A stretch of 63,789 nt of DNA, counting the filler, from Octopus bimaculoides (Eukaryota), in the NCBI RefSeq assembly GCF_001194135.2. It is 5 parts of 4 records of this genome, joined end to end, with 100 filler letters (N's around TTAATTAATTAA, not from the genome) between each part and the next. Parts side by side here need not be neighbours in the genome. Positions count along the whole stretch, not along the records: positions 1 to 26,798 come from NC_068983.1; positions 26,899 to 48,040 come from NC_068982.1; 3 more parts are not named here. One strand, 5' to 3'. Each line of letters starts with the position of its first letter. Position 1 is the first letter of the stretch. Below the pieces are notes generated by a model. That model had not been told where the DNA came from. It ran no database searches and saw nothing but the letters and a program-made list of their open reading frames with translations. A program made the position numbers and the translations under genes. Shown here piece by piece: positions 13,047 through 27,259 of this stretch.

Positions 13047-16000
13047 CGACGTCTAGAAAGAGACGTATAGAAAGAGAGAAATAGAGAGAGTTTATTATTG
13101 TCCAAGTGTTGAGTTGATCGATATTTTGCAATCCTCAGGCATTTTCTCCAGACTACGAAGCAAAGGTAATTCTCCGATTGCATTGAATTCATTGAACAGT
13201 TCTTTAGAGAATTAATTGGTATCAAGGGCTAATTGAAATATTTTCATTGGTTTCTATAGCAAAAGTAAATAGAGTTGAAGGGAAGAGAAATAAAAATGAA
13301 TATCAAAACGCTAAGGAAATATCTCCAGATTACAATAAACAAACAGCTGAACAAAAAATATTCTCGGAATTACGTTTGCATATATTGAGTCTGCGGTAGA
13401 ATAGCTCTGATAAGTCTCAATACATCGCTTTGCAATCTAATGAAGGTAAGCAGAGAGGAACAGGCTCTTTCCTTAGACAATGTTATACGGCGTCGGTTTT
13501 TTTTTCTTTCTTTTTCTCTATTTTTCAGTTACCATTATTATTTCGACCGAAGTACACAGCGTTGTTGATATTGAAACATTTAACAAGAATAGGGATTCGG
13601 AGTTTTTGTGCTTTACCCCTCATACGCACTCTCTCTATCTCTCTCTCTGAAATTACATAAGTAGTTTATATTTAATATATTAATCAGCCAGCAAAAATGT
13701 AACACTTAACAATAATGAAGTTCGGACTTTTTGCTTGCTTTGAAGCATACATATTTTTAAAGATTTTTTAAACGTAACTCAGTAACTATACGAATAATTT
13801 TACTTAAGAATTTTTAAAATGTCTACAATGTAAAAAGTGTAGAAGGCTGAAAATGTTAATGCGACTCTTGAGGTTGCTTTTCTGTCACCAGTTTGGTAAA
13901 ACGTGGATGGAGGTGACTCAAACGCAGTCATATCTCACATATCTTCGAGCTGCGGTCTTCTTTGTTTATTATAAGAATGCAAAGCCAACGAAAAGCTTGT
14001 TTCAGTAAGGTCTGATGTTGGGAGGTTTATAATGAATAGCTCAAATATGTCCTATTCATAAAAAATGAGCCAGTGAATGTCTGAAAACATCAAATCTAAA
14101 TTTAGAACTTTTATTTAAACTGTAAAAAAGAATACAAAAAATGGAATACGAAAAATCTAATATCTAAAACCTAAAGCTTGAACACAGTCGTTTGCTTAAT
14201 GAAACATGTATCGCGCGCGCGCGTATGTGTGTATGTGTGCATCTGTGTTGCGAGAAATTCAGAATAACTTCCCACAGAGAACAGACTTCAAGAAAATTAC
14301 CTTATGGATCTTAATGTATTTTTATTGGATTGCTTTTCACGTCACGTTTGTATGTTTCTTTCCGATTGGTTTTTGAAGTATCGCTTGTCAAACTTGAGGC
14401 AATATTTTGTTTTTTAATACTTTTTCATCTTCATTCCTGCTTTTAATATTGAAGGAATATTTTCTAACATTGCATCAAATTATATTTTCCTGGCAACCAA
14501 ATATGCATTCTCTGTTGCCCTACTCCTACATGATTTATGCTGAACCAATTTTTTCCGACGTTATTTTGGTTTCGCTTTTTTATCATCAAACATATTTTGG
14601 TAAACGTCTATGAATACTGCAGACGATTCCAACAGGCAAATATTTGAGTTGTTTAAGAATAAAACCTTTTAAATGTGAGTGTTATATGTTCTATATTGCC
14701 CTTTAGATAGACTCCACTTTTTCAAGCGCACAACTATAGAGATTCTTTTCTTTTAAATCCCGCCAAGTATTCGAATTTTGTTCAACGTTTACTATTCTTC
14801 TTTATCCGGTTCTGCTAGTAACCTTAAATCTGCTTTTAAACACCTCATATATAGTATTAATAATGTCTTTATAAACCCATATATGATTGTACTTCATATC
14901 TGAGATATGTTTCGGCCTCAGGTTGGCGCACACCATGTCTGTCTTAATAGCACATCCTGATTGTATTTGTTCAGTCAATTTTAAATCAAGTTTTGATGTA
15001 TCACTGAGATGTGTCTAAGTAGCTTAGGTGTTAAAAGGAGCAGGGCCTGTTGAAGAAAAGAAATTGTTGCAGTGAACTTATGTGTTGTGGCCATCGAATA
15101 CTCCGGATTATGTAATGTTTTCTTTCAATGCAATAACTACGGAAAACTTGGGCGATTATAATAATCAATATTGTTTCTGTCATTGCCCTACATTGGGAAT
15201 TATTATCAGTGCTAGACTGTTCTCATTATATAACCAGTAACTTCAGAAGTATACTTGTGCCCCCTATAAGTAGTAAGAGGAAATATGGCAGAGATACATA
15301 ATAATAATAATTTAACTTTTATCAAATTTCTGGATGCGTATACAAACTGACGAAATGAATACAACATTTTTTAAAGTAAAATATTTATTACTCCATCATG
15401 TATTCGCCCCTCTTCTATTCTTCCAGCATTTTCTCTATGATAATTTCTCCCTCACCGTGTCTATGTAGCGTTAATTTCCTTATTGTCTTCCACTAAACTT
15501 ATTAATTGCACTTTAACTCATTCTGTATCTTATTTTTGCTCTCCCTCACATTCTCTCTCTCTCTTTCACTGGAGGTTTCAACCACCCAAGTTACATTTAC
15601 ATCGGCTATTATCTAGGTATGATAAGAATTTACAGCCCTAACAGAAGTAATTCAGCTACAGAATCATCAAATTAGATTCCTAAAATGTGGCAGTTGTGTA
15701 TCTATGTGGCAGAAATATGTTTAGCCATTCTGTACCTAAACAAGTGCGAACTGTTTACTACAGGTCATTCAGATCTGCAAAAATATGGAATTTTCTGTTC
15801 CCTCGACGCAAATTTATAGATATTAACTATACACACCGATTCATTACAAAACGTTTAATATCCGACTACCATTCTTTTCAAGAACGTTGAAAAGTTATCT
15901 TGTGGTATCAGAATTGATTTGAATTCCTTTTAAACTTCTAGATCAAAAAAGCTGTTTTAAGAATCAATTTAACTATTGCTCTTACTTTCTACTGATTATT

Positions 16001-16089
16001 TGGAGGAATATCTTTCTTGTGATATACAAATAAATCTTAAAATACGCTTATACTCACATATATATATATATATATATATNNNNNNNNNN

Positions 16090-16144
<55 letters not shown>

Positions 16145-16240
16145 TGAGCACATAAGTGCAAAACAAGGCGGAAACAATAGTACTCGAATACCAAACGTAG
16201 AGTAATATACTTTTTATTGAAGCTGCAAAATTATCACAGT

Positions 16241-16280
16241 ACTGTTACGCACAGTTTCACGTTCCCGTTCATTGGACAGT
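16241..16280 (-). ncRNA. Minimal type I hammerhead motif with degenerate core
   Basis: Minus strand reads ACTGT-CCAATGA-ACG(GGAA)CGT-GAAAC-TGTGC-GTA-ACAGT: perfect 5-bp helix I, 3-bp helix II with a GNRA loop, GUA site. Core differs from CUGANGA at two positions. Confidence 0.6.
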
Positions 16281-16306
16281 TCTGATGAAAACTGAATTAA
16301 GATTGT

Positions 16307-16358
<52 letters not shown>

Positions 16359-17234
16359 TTATATATAAATATGCAGTTACTCTATCCAGATTATAAGTTC
16401 ATGTTTATACCGATGCAGACTTTGTGGAGTTCCTTTGGGATATGTAACCCACTGCCTAAATGTCAATCGTGAGTAATCACAGAAAGGAGAGAGCTAATTC
16501 GAAGACTACAGATCCAATCCATCACTGGAACTGTAAAATTTTCCAGAAGTTTATAATTTAAATATATATGAGCATGTCTAGATATGCAATTATATGCACG
16601 AGAATACATACATAGAATATGGAAATCTGCACATACAATCATACATACATACATACATACATACATGCAAAGAAGAATACTTTGTTGTTGATGTTGAAAT
16701 TCCAATGGAGGAGATAAGGCAAACGTAAAAAAAAAGCAATTGATCGCTTGCGTGTGTAAAGATAAACTCAGAGAATATGATTTAATTACAGACTATATAT
16801 GCAATGAGAAAATCAGATAACTAACATTTAAATGAATGTACCTAAAATAAATAACAATATCAATTCATCATATTAAACGCTGGAATTCCAAGTCATTACT
16901 AAAGTGATATTCTAGCAAAATCACTATAAAAAAACCTAACAGAAAAAGTTGAGAACTCAATTAGTTAAATGCAGAAATAACAAAAATATCACTGATATTC
17001 AAAACTTATGTATTTCTTTAATTTTATACCCATTAAGCAAGTATACCACAGAATGGTTATATTTTGTTGATGTTTATTTCGTTATTTGTCGATTCACTGC
17101 ACTAGATACTTTTCATTTCTTAAATTTTAATTTGTAGATCGAAGACCTGAGAACAGAGTGTCCGAACACTTCATTTTAAAATGATGTGAGAGTGTGAGAG
17201 AGAGAGAGGGGGAGCGAGAACGGGAAGTGTGTGT

Positions 17235-17291
<57 letters not shown>

Positions 17292-18235
17292 CAGAAATGA
17301 GGCAAATGAAATGTGTGTATGCTCTTTACTTTGAAACATTGAGAAATTTTGAAGTAAGGCTTTTTACGAAGTTGGTCAAATGCAAAATGTGAAATACACC
17401 AATAAGACACGGGTGTATACATGTGTTCTATGTGTGTGAGTGAATACACACATACTCATGCAGACACATACATAAACACATACCTGTATATATGTTTATG
17501 TGTACGAGTATATGTATTTGCGTGTGTGTGTGTGTGTGTGTATATGTACAGATGCATATTTGTATGTATGCGTGTGTGTATGTGTGTGTGTGAGTGTGTG
17601 TGTACGTGTGTATATTTGTGCGTATGAACATATATTTATGTTTTAGAGTCCCTCTATCTCTTGATCAATGTGATGTAACTTTTAAGTCATACAATACGTT
17701 TCGAAAAACTTAAATGAGCCACAGGTGGTTTCATATTCATTTTGTTCTGTAAAGTAATATACCTGGCATCAATCCAACACTTACATACATCATTTGTTTC
17801 AGTACTCACCGTTTATCGATCCTGCTTTAAGATTGTTTCAGCTGACACGAAACCCATTATGTCTGAAAAATGTCAACATTTATATGCATTCATTACAACA
17901 ATTATCATTTCGCAGGTTGTGAATGAATTTGAAAAGAAAGCAGAGATTCCTTTCTGGACCTAAGTGTTATTGTGAGCTCTACTTTCATACTTTTTAGCAA
18001 TTTTAAAATGTAATTCGATTGAAATACATCTCCCTACTCGAGAGCGTTACTGGTATCACATAATAGAGTTGGATTGTCGCAGAATAAACTTGCAAGATTA
18101 CTCAGCTATGTGTGTTAGTAGTCTGAATTTATAAACCAAAGCAGAATAAGAAACCCTTACCTTCCAAATAGCAGATCAACTGTGGGTAGTCTATTGCTAT
18201 CCACTCTTGTCTACATAATTACACTATGTATGTAT

Positions 18236-18277
<42 letters not shown>

Positions 18278-21200
18278 ACAGACATGATTTTGTGGTCAGC
18301 AGGCCAATATAAGAAAATAGAACAAGTGATTATATATGCTAATGCCGGGAAAGAGGCAAAACATTGAAATGACTTCTTATGGTTTGGACACACACGAAGT
18401 TATTGCTACGGTGTCAGAATATCCCATCAGCCATTTCGGCAAACTTCTGTCCTCTTACGTAAGCTTAGGTGTCTCGACACATTTTGCCAGTGAGCATATC
18501 GTGTTATGGACACATAAAGTCTAATGTGCGTGCACCTCTCTCTCTCTCTCTCTCACTTAAAAATCCTTGCTCTCGTCTATTATCTGTATCTAATGGGTAA
18601 GACAGTGGAGCTGACGACTGACAGAATTCCAGCATTGGATAAAGCAGTATTCTTGTATTGGCTTGGTTATTCTGTACACCTGAAACAGTGAAATACTGCC
18701 GTTTCCATTATTCCAGGTGCACTGAATGTATAATAAAACCGGAAGCAGCTGTGATCTTATTCGTTCCTCCAGACAGGCCTGAGACCCACTTTGAAGTGCT
18801 TACATTATCAGTTAGGATTTTCATTGATTACCGAAACACACAAGACTTTTCGAACCACATTGTTTTATAGCAGAGTTTTCATTGTTTTATAGCAGATGCC
18901 ACACATTTTCGTCCATAAAATACCGCCACTTCCGTAACTTCACGTACATATAAGATTTAGTATTGGCGAAGTTGTGATTTCCTGGTTCCCTGCATAGACT
19001 GTTCCCTGTAGAGGTATTCTGTGACGAATGTCATTGTCTTTTTTTATCACCAAAGGATAAACACGAAACTATCAGGCATCTTCTACTTTCTTGTCTCTGT
19101 CTGTCTGTCCGTCTCTCTCTCTGTCTCTGTCTGTCTGTCTCCGTCTCTGTCTTTCTCTCTCTGTCTGTCTGTAAGCCTCTCTTTCTCTCCCTCTCTCTGT
19201 CTCTGTTTCTCTCTCTCTCTCTCTGTCTGTCTGTCTCTGTCTTTGTCTGCCTGTCTGCCTGCTCTCTCTGTTTGTCTGTCTGTCTGTCTCTCTTCTCTGT
19301 CTTTGTAGTTACTATGTCATCATCAAATCTGATGGCCATGCTATGTCTTATTTATGTCTCGTCTGGAAATGTATATTTCTCAACTAAATTTGCAGGAACG
19401 GAAGTTTATTGGGTTTTTTTTCTTTTAGATTTGCTAAGTTTTGTTCAGTTTGAAGCGTTCCATTCTCGTTTCATTTCCTTCCAGTTCGTTGACCTTCTCT
19501 TCAGATTTACGTTAATCAGTTCCGCCGTTTCTATAACATCGATGTGGTCATCAAATATATGCTTTACTGATCTCCATTTCCAATTAACTTTAAAACTCCT
19601 ATTACCAGGTGGAGCTTCTTATCGTCCTCTCATCCACCCTATTACTTACAGAGTTACTTTGTTTACCTTTGAAGCCGTTTACGCTTATATTTCTAACCGA
19701 TTGATGTTGACGATATAAGCAACTGTACGACCAGTCCGAAACTATAGAGTATCGACTGTTTTTCCTCTCTTACTTTTCTCATGTGTTTTATATTTTTCAA
19801 ATTAGTGTTGATTCTCTTTGAATGCTAAGATTTCTACTTATATTCAGCAACAATATTTTTAGAAGCGAGTAGCATCGAGTGGACATGAACGTTGATTAAT
19901 GGTGAAGTAAGCTGCGTCTGTAATGGATGTCTGATAATTCATTCAAATTATTTCACGTTACTTCCCTGTCTAACTGCAATTTGCAGTTGTCATTAGCTTG
20001 GAGGAATTCCAAAACCTGGTTTGTCGGTTGTGATCAATGACAGATTCTGCATAATTCCGTTATCCTTAGGAAGTCGATAAATAAATAAATATTTCTAATT
20101 CCAGTCATTAAAAAACAAAACATTAATGAGTCTGATTAGACTCATAGTGGGTGGGATTGATCAAAAACTGATCAAAGGTCATCCAAACTTAACAATTACA
20201 TCTTTTCATCAACCATTCAAAGAAGGACTATATCTTCTCATTAAATTACCCCTCCTTTAAAGACGACTCTGTGGGTTTTTAATTAGAACTGACTTTTATT
20301 CCTGGCAGGTGAAACGATTTCATAAAAATTGTATCGTTTGTTCGCGAACCCACGAGTTAGTTCGCTGGCTTAAAAGTTTTTTGTCTGTTTAGATTTTTTG
20401 GGCAATCAAAGTAATATTTCACTATGTTATAATTCTTCTGTAACTCATTCATTTTTGCTTTTAATACAGTCATTTGTTATCACATTTATGATTCTCTAGG
20501 GAAAAGGAAGAACATGCCAAATACTCATTTCCTCATCTTAAACATCTAAATCTTAATGACTTGCTAAGACAAAAGTATTTAAACGATCCTTAAGGTTTCT
20601 ATGGTAATAACAGATAGTTTGTAATGTAATCATTTAATAAATTGTCCCTGATTACCATAGATATGTCTACTTCTCTTTGTGTCTAGCTTTTCTTCATTGG
20701 ACGTAACCAATTAGCACATGATAAGTACATTAACGAACATTTAGTCTTAAATCTGCTGTCAAGACCTCCATCGACCTAAAAGAAAAATTCGTATCCAGGA
20801 ACACTTGGTAGCAATGTAGAACCTCTCCAGCACCGTGTACGTCCGAGGATATCTCATAATATCTGAATTATGAACGAAGTATATTTATTTTCATTGAGAA
20901 ATGATTTAATTATTTTTTCATCATCTTTCTATTGACTTATTTTCACAACATTTGTAATTCAATCAAAGCACTTCGTCAGTCACATAGAAATATTTGCTTA
21001 AGATGTCCTCAACGACATGGTTCACTGGAGGAGAACAAACATATAAAATCATTTTCTGTGGTAAAATACAATAAAAATGAATATAGAATAACATCAGTTA
21101 ATAAGACACAACATAAAACATTGTATTTCTGAATTATCAAACAAAAGCCGAGGCATAATTAGTATTTGGGAAGTTTTATGCAAATATTTAAAGGAATAAG

Positions 21201-21637
21201 TTTTCTTGTGGCGGTAGCTACTATGATGTTGCTATAACTATTATATTAATAACAATGCGTAACCGTCAATGAAAATATATGAAAATATTTGTAATTCCAC
21301 TCGGTGTTATATTTCATATGTTCTACTATCTCCATTTATGTATACTATTTGCATCTCATTTCTCTGAAATGTTCATGCAGAAAGGAGTTGATTTTAGTAA
21401 ATGAACATATCATCATCATTTATGCAACAATATTTTCTAAAAAAACACATATTTAAGCGTGAAAATAACTTGCATGTCTCTACTTTTACAGTTGTTCACC
21501 GGGCAATTAATGTGGCTGCTACTCTTTGAAAAACTACTCTAGATTGTTATAATAATTTACACCATCCATAGTCAAGTTTCTTAACGAACGTGCTCTTGGT
21601 ATTATTGTGCGTTTATTTGGAATATATCATTCATGTA

Positions 21638-22016
21638 GAGGCACAATGGCCCAGTGGTTAGGGCAGCGGACTCGTGGTCATAGTATCGTGGTTTCGATTC
21701 CCAGACCGGGCGTTGTGAGTGTATATTGAGCGAAAATACCTAAAGCTCTCCGAGGCTCCGGCAGTGGGTGGTGACGAACCCTGCTGTACTCCTTCACCAC
21801 AACTTTCTCTCACTCTTTCTTCCTGTTTCTGTCGTACCTGCATGTCAAAGAGCTAGCCTTTTCACACACACTCTGTCACGCTGAATCTCCCCAAGAACTA
21901 CGTTAATGGTACACATGTCTGTGGAGTGCTCAACCACTTGCACGTTAATTTTACGAGCACGCTCTTCCGTTGACTGGATCAACTGGAACCCACATCGTTG
22001 CAACCGACGGTGTGCC
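21638..22016 (+). mobile_element. tRNA-derived SINE family C, near full length
   Basis: A-box-like TGGCCCAGTGGTT (21647-59) and B-box-like GGTTTCGATTCCC (21690-702). The 3' body is shared in reverse orientation with 53558-53800. Confidence 0.85.
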
Positions 22017-22339
22017 GTAGTAATCATTCATGTTATGCTATTAAAGCAGAAACCACACATTTGGGGAATAACCTTACAATCAAGGACCTTAAACGTTTGT
22101 TGCTGGAAACAGTTTCTACTTTATTGGGAAATAATTCATTTCAGGATGTGTACGTCACATTTGCCTTTAAATTTGTATAAGCAGCAAACAGATGTCACAT
22201 TTGCCATTAAATTTGTATAAGCAGCAAAAATATGTGCCCTACATCGGTTATTACTGAGTTAAAAAAATCATAGAAATTAAAATCCTACCATTTAGAGACC
22301 TTCCTTCACTAAATAATGGTTTCAAATTGTAGCACCGAC

Positions 22340-22505
22340 CCATAGCTGATTACATGGACCCTTGTGTTCATCTGGTACAGTTTTCATCTAACTCCAACGG
22401 GTGAATGACAGAATTCAGCTTCGGTGGCATATGAAATCAGAATGTAAAGAGCCGAAAAAATGCCGCTGAACGTTTTTCCGATGCTTTAATGATTCTGCCA
22501 GCTTA
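22340..22505 (-). mobile_element. SINE family B, diverged copy
   Basis: Ends in GATTCTGCCAGC like the copies at 44270-44412 and 53205-53356; central domain is degenerate. Confidence 0.6.
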
Positions 22506-24049
22506 CGAACTCTCTAACTAAATAACAATGAATAGTGTTGCAAAAGATTACCTGAATGTATGTGAACAGAAGGTCAACAAGATTGATAGCTGCGGCTTTG
22601 ATGTTGTAGGTGACTGACATCGAAATATCAATGACTACTCTCTTTCGTCAAGTAGTCGCCTGCGCACACCACGTATGTATATAATTAAGTATGCATTAGT
22701 GTGTGAATGTATGTGCGTGTATGTATCTACGTATGTAACTCTTTTCCAGTGCGTATCTGTATTCCTTGAGATCATTTAAATTCTTCTCGGAGTTAAAGCC
22801 ACTAACTTTCAGAATCCAGCGGACGAGATAAATACAGTTTTTAGTAACATTGTGATTCCACCCATATAAAAGATGTTCACACTTCTTTCATGCATGAATC
22901 TATGTTTGCTTTTATATTTCTAGAGATCTTTTTTAATTATTCTAATTTTTCCTCTAAAGATGGAAATAAATAACAAAATTATTGCTAGATGTTACATAAT
23001 GCAATTTAGGAAAAATATTACATAACATTTCTACTATTCCACTTGGAGTTATAAAATGTCTGTCAGCTGGCCATTATCTTTACTAGAGCTCTTTGAGTAT
23101 TCCAGATTGCCACAAGTCATTTGATAGCGTATCAAAAGGGAATCAGTAATTACTTGTACTGAGGAGAATTTATCAGGTTGTGAAATTGCAGGCCCTAAAT
23201 ATTTGGAAGGAATGTTTGTATCTGCAGAGCAACAGATCTTTATGTCTGAAAATGATTTTTCTTTCATGACCTGAGTAATTATATCAGGCATGTTTGTTTG
23301 GCGGACATTTTGATGTGAGTGCGCATGAAATATTCCTTGTCTTCGTGTAAGTGCATTCTTTAACACGACATTAAATCTATCCCAGACGAGTCCTTCTAAC
23401 AGATGCTATTATAAAGTGTTTCAGCAACAACAATATTTCACAATAGAAGAAGTAGTATCTTGAGGACATTTCGGAGCAATTATTGGCCATATGCATAATG
23501 TTTCCTAGAAAAGCGAGGCATAGTTCGTGGCATATTGTGGATTTAAGAACTGTACACTTTCTTTAAAATCATTAAGATGCCCTTAGTTATCTCCTGCTGA
23601 TAAATTGCACGTGTGTGTATGCGTACGTACGTGTATGTGTGTTTGTGTGTGTGTGTGTGTGTACGTGTGTGTACGGTATGCACGTACGTGGCATTGCTTC
23701 CTCTACAAAACTCGGAGAAAGAATCTTTATAGTATCGTTAAAATATTTCCTATAAAATTAATCCTTTACAAAAGGTGTACTTGAGATAGATTGGTTTCGT
23801 CTGGTTAATTTTGCGAACCCCAACCCCACCAGTGACAATATTCTATGCTAATATGTTATGATATAAGGCCGAACTCCAGGCATAAAACCTGCAAATGAGA
23901 ATTTCTAATTGTAATTTTAAAAAAACCCTAAACTTTTGCATTTCCTATAGCGTCTCATTTTGAACGAATTTAGTCAAACCATTTATATCCTGTCACTAAC
24001 TGGTCTCTGCAACAATACATGCCAACCTAGGAACATCTTTCCGGTCAAA

Positions 24050-24190
24050 CAGCTGGTCAGAAATATCTGCCAAATCCGCTTTAAATAATACACTTCAAAT
24101 CGTACGCAGTTGTCCTAAAAACACAGAGAGCTGACCATGGCTGAAATACCTCTAAATAATAGTAGAGATATCCTTGCTGCTAATGTCAGC
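24050..24190 (-). mobile_element. Interspersed repeat family E, inverted copy
   Basis: GACCATGGCTGAAATAC and ATATCTGCCAAATC resemble the reverse complement of motifs at 34534-34685 and 36075-36228. Confidence 0.45.
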
Positions 24191-24393
24191 ATTAGAGTTA
24201 TCATTACTTTTACTATTATCATTATTTGTGGTATAATCACCTCTAGTATTATCATTAAAGTATTATTGTCTTTAATATTGTCATTAATACATTTGGCTGA
24301 TTAAGGATAAACATCATCGAACAGAGGGAACGTTATTTTGTCTTGATTCTTATTTTAATAATTAACTAAATTTATCTTACATTAGCGACTTCC

Positions 24394-24394
<1 letters not shown>

Positions 24395-24469
<75 letters not shown>

Positions 24470-24476
24470 TATACCT

Positions 24477-24510
<34 letters not shown>
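24395..24510. repeat. Compound (ATT)n-(CT)n microsatellite
   Basis: Pure ATT run followed by a CT run. Confidence 0.95.
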
Positions 24511-24514
<4 letters not shown>

Positions 24515-25404
24515 CATATACACTTTCACTCTCTCTCTCACACACACGATCTCTTTGTCTCTCTCTGTCTCCCGCTCGCTCTCCTGCATTACCTCTTATT
24601 TGCCACTGACAACATAATCTCTCCACTCCATCTCTGTGTTATAATATAGTCAATATATGTTGTCTCTCCAAAAACCACTATTCTCTTACCCTTGAGAATA
24701 TCTCGAAATAAATGTTTCTCTTTTATATCAAGAAAACCTGAAACCGTATAAGAATCTTCCATTTAAATTACTTGTCTCTTGGTAACATGTTTTAACATAT
24801 TTTGCGTCGAAAGATTTGTTTCAGACGAGACCACTAAGGTATCCCCACCAACCCACGCAGCTCTCTCCAATACGCATTCCTTCAATCTAATGAAATGTAA
24901 TGTTCGGTTATGCTTTTAACACTTTCGTTTGTCTATTAATGACTTCGAAATTTTCAGATAAACAACACGCTCTTATATGGACATGATCCTTCACAGTTAT
25001 TTCCCTTTAAGTTCTTTTATTATATCTGCACCTCTCACTAATCTTTCTGCATTTAAACAGCGGTAGGCTTGGAAAATCTCCTTCAGTATAAGCAAAGCAT
25101 ATTTTTACATGGGGAGGGACGGTCTTGTTCCATTACACTTCTGAAATATGTGTCACACTTTTCAAATACTGATTGTCTATTAAATACTTTTGCTCCACAT
25201 TCAAAGAATTTGATAAGGAAACCTTAAATATATGCTATTGCAAAAACAATTATCTCGGTCCGCAGTCACATCGGCGGACTATTAATCGATTCAGACATCT
25301 TTATCTTGTTTTCTGATACACATTTCAATCACACTATATCCTTAAAAGATGATTTGAACGATTTTGTACCAGAAATGGTGACCACATTACAACTATCTCA
25401 CATC

Positions 25405-25445
<41 letters not shown>

Positions 25446-25885
25446 GTTTTCTCTCCCTCTCTTTTTCACCTACCGTTATCATATAATTTTATTGTCTTCT
25501 AAACATACGATTTACCACATCTAAATCCACACCTTTATCCTTTACCCCTTAATATCATCACTAAGATTCACTCACCATCCTCCGCACCAATTTCAATGTT
25601 TATTTATTCGCTTTCACCACTAAAAAACACCGCAATTCTTCTCTACCGACTTTATTCCTGCAGACCTCGACCTACCACTATTCGACCTGACCTTTAACCA
25701 TATCAATCTAACCAATTTTTGTTGGACTAATCAATAACTAGTAAAAGCTATTCAATCATTCTATATACACAGTGATTTTCAATGCGTCTCTTACGGTAAC
25801 GCAATGTTTCAATATATTACATTAATCAATACATGTGATGTTTGTTGTAACAGCTATTTACATGATATTTATAGGTTTTTGTAAT

Positions 25886-25921
<36 letters not shown>

Positions 25922-26041
25922 AAGCAGCAGCAGCAGTAATGGTGGTAGCATATAAATGAGGGCGACGTCGTATGGATTATAATAACTGACATGCTGCTGC
26001 TTACTATGTCTGTCTGAACCAGTCTGTGTGTGTATATATGT

Positions 26042-26095
<54 letters not shown>

Positions 26096-26269
26096 NNNNN
26101 NNNNNNNNNNNNNNNNNNNNNNNNNNNNNNNNNNNNNNNNNNNNNNNNNNNNNNNNNNNNNNNNNNNNNNNNNNNNNNNNNNNNNNNNNNNNNNNNNNNN
26201 NNNNNNNNNNNNNNNNNNNNNNNNNNNNNNNNNNNNNNNNNNNNNNNNNNNNNNNNNNNNNNNTATATA

Positions 26270-26304
<35 letters not shown>

Positions 26305-27028
26305 TTGTATATACGTTTGTGTTTGCGTGTGTGTGTGTATTTCTTGAGTTATAGAAGGAATACCGTACCAAGTACTGTGGACGTGTTGCAGAGCGTGAAT
26401 GTCAGTTGAGAGAACGAATGCAGCTGTAGAGGTATTAATCTACACCCGACACATTTATCAGCATCTAACAAGAACATCGACGTTATCAGAACGATAAAAC
26501 GAAGCCATCATAAAATGATGGCGAAAGACTAAAAGAAAAAAAAACATATATATATACAGGAAGAATTGAAGCTATTAACAGCAGCGATTTAAAAGGAGGA
26601 AAACGTGAGTGGTTGATGAGAAGAATAGAAACACAATGTGAAGAGAAAGTAAAAAAGGGTATTTCAAGATATTTTATAGGCCGAAACAGCCAAAATTATT
26701 TATAGGATTAAATACAAATGGTTCATACGTGGACGTTAGTGTCATACAAAATTATATATGAATGGTATATATGTGTGTGTGTATATATATATATATATNN
26801 NNNNNNNNNNNNNNNNNNNNNNNNNNNNNNNNNNNNNNNNNNTTAATTAATTAANNNNNNNNNNNNNNNNNNNNNNNNNNNNNNNNNNNNNNNNNNNNAT
26901 ATTTGAAAACGAAAGGAAAACGTACTCAGTACATTAAATAGAGTATGTATATATATCATTATATTTTTAAATGTTTAATCCTAGAGTTGTTGCTTTTAAG
27001 TTTCGTTATTATGCACACACATCCACGA

Positions 27029-27082
<54 letters not shown>

Positions 27083-27212
27083 TCACAAGCATAAACATGC
27101 AAACATACATATACATACTTACCTACCTATATATAAGTGTTACACACACACACACACACAGATATATTAGTACGTGTATATAATACACTTATGCATGTAT
27201 GTATGCCACCAC

Positions 27213-27213
<1 letters not shown>

Positions 27214-27259
<46 letters not shown>

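Noticed and set aside
13139-13165. 27-nt symmetric micro-exon candidate (AFSPDYEAK)
   Set aside because: Plausible AG/GT borders, but too short to distinguish from chance and no partner exons were found.
19272-19718. 148-aa plus-strand ORF
   Set aside because: Starts in a CT/GTCT microsatellite, uses a non-ATG start and has no recognisable domain.
21638-21710. tRNA genes (also the heads at 28177, 42728, 44412, 53356 and 61684)
   Set aside because: A/B boxes are present, but no full cloverleaf or acceptor stem forms, and each continues into a repeat body; these are SINE heads.
23049-23405. 118-codon minus-strand open frame in non-repetitive DNA
   Set aside because: No recognisable domain and no good splice acceptor. 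A rough estimate from stop-codon frequency in AT-rich DNA gives about one such frame per window by chance.
26843-26854. TTAATTAATTAA embedded in N runs (also 48085-48096, 50810-50821, 61628-61639)
   Set aside because: The same 12-mer, with stops in all six frames, sits in the middle of four gaps; it is an artificial scaffolding linker, not biology.
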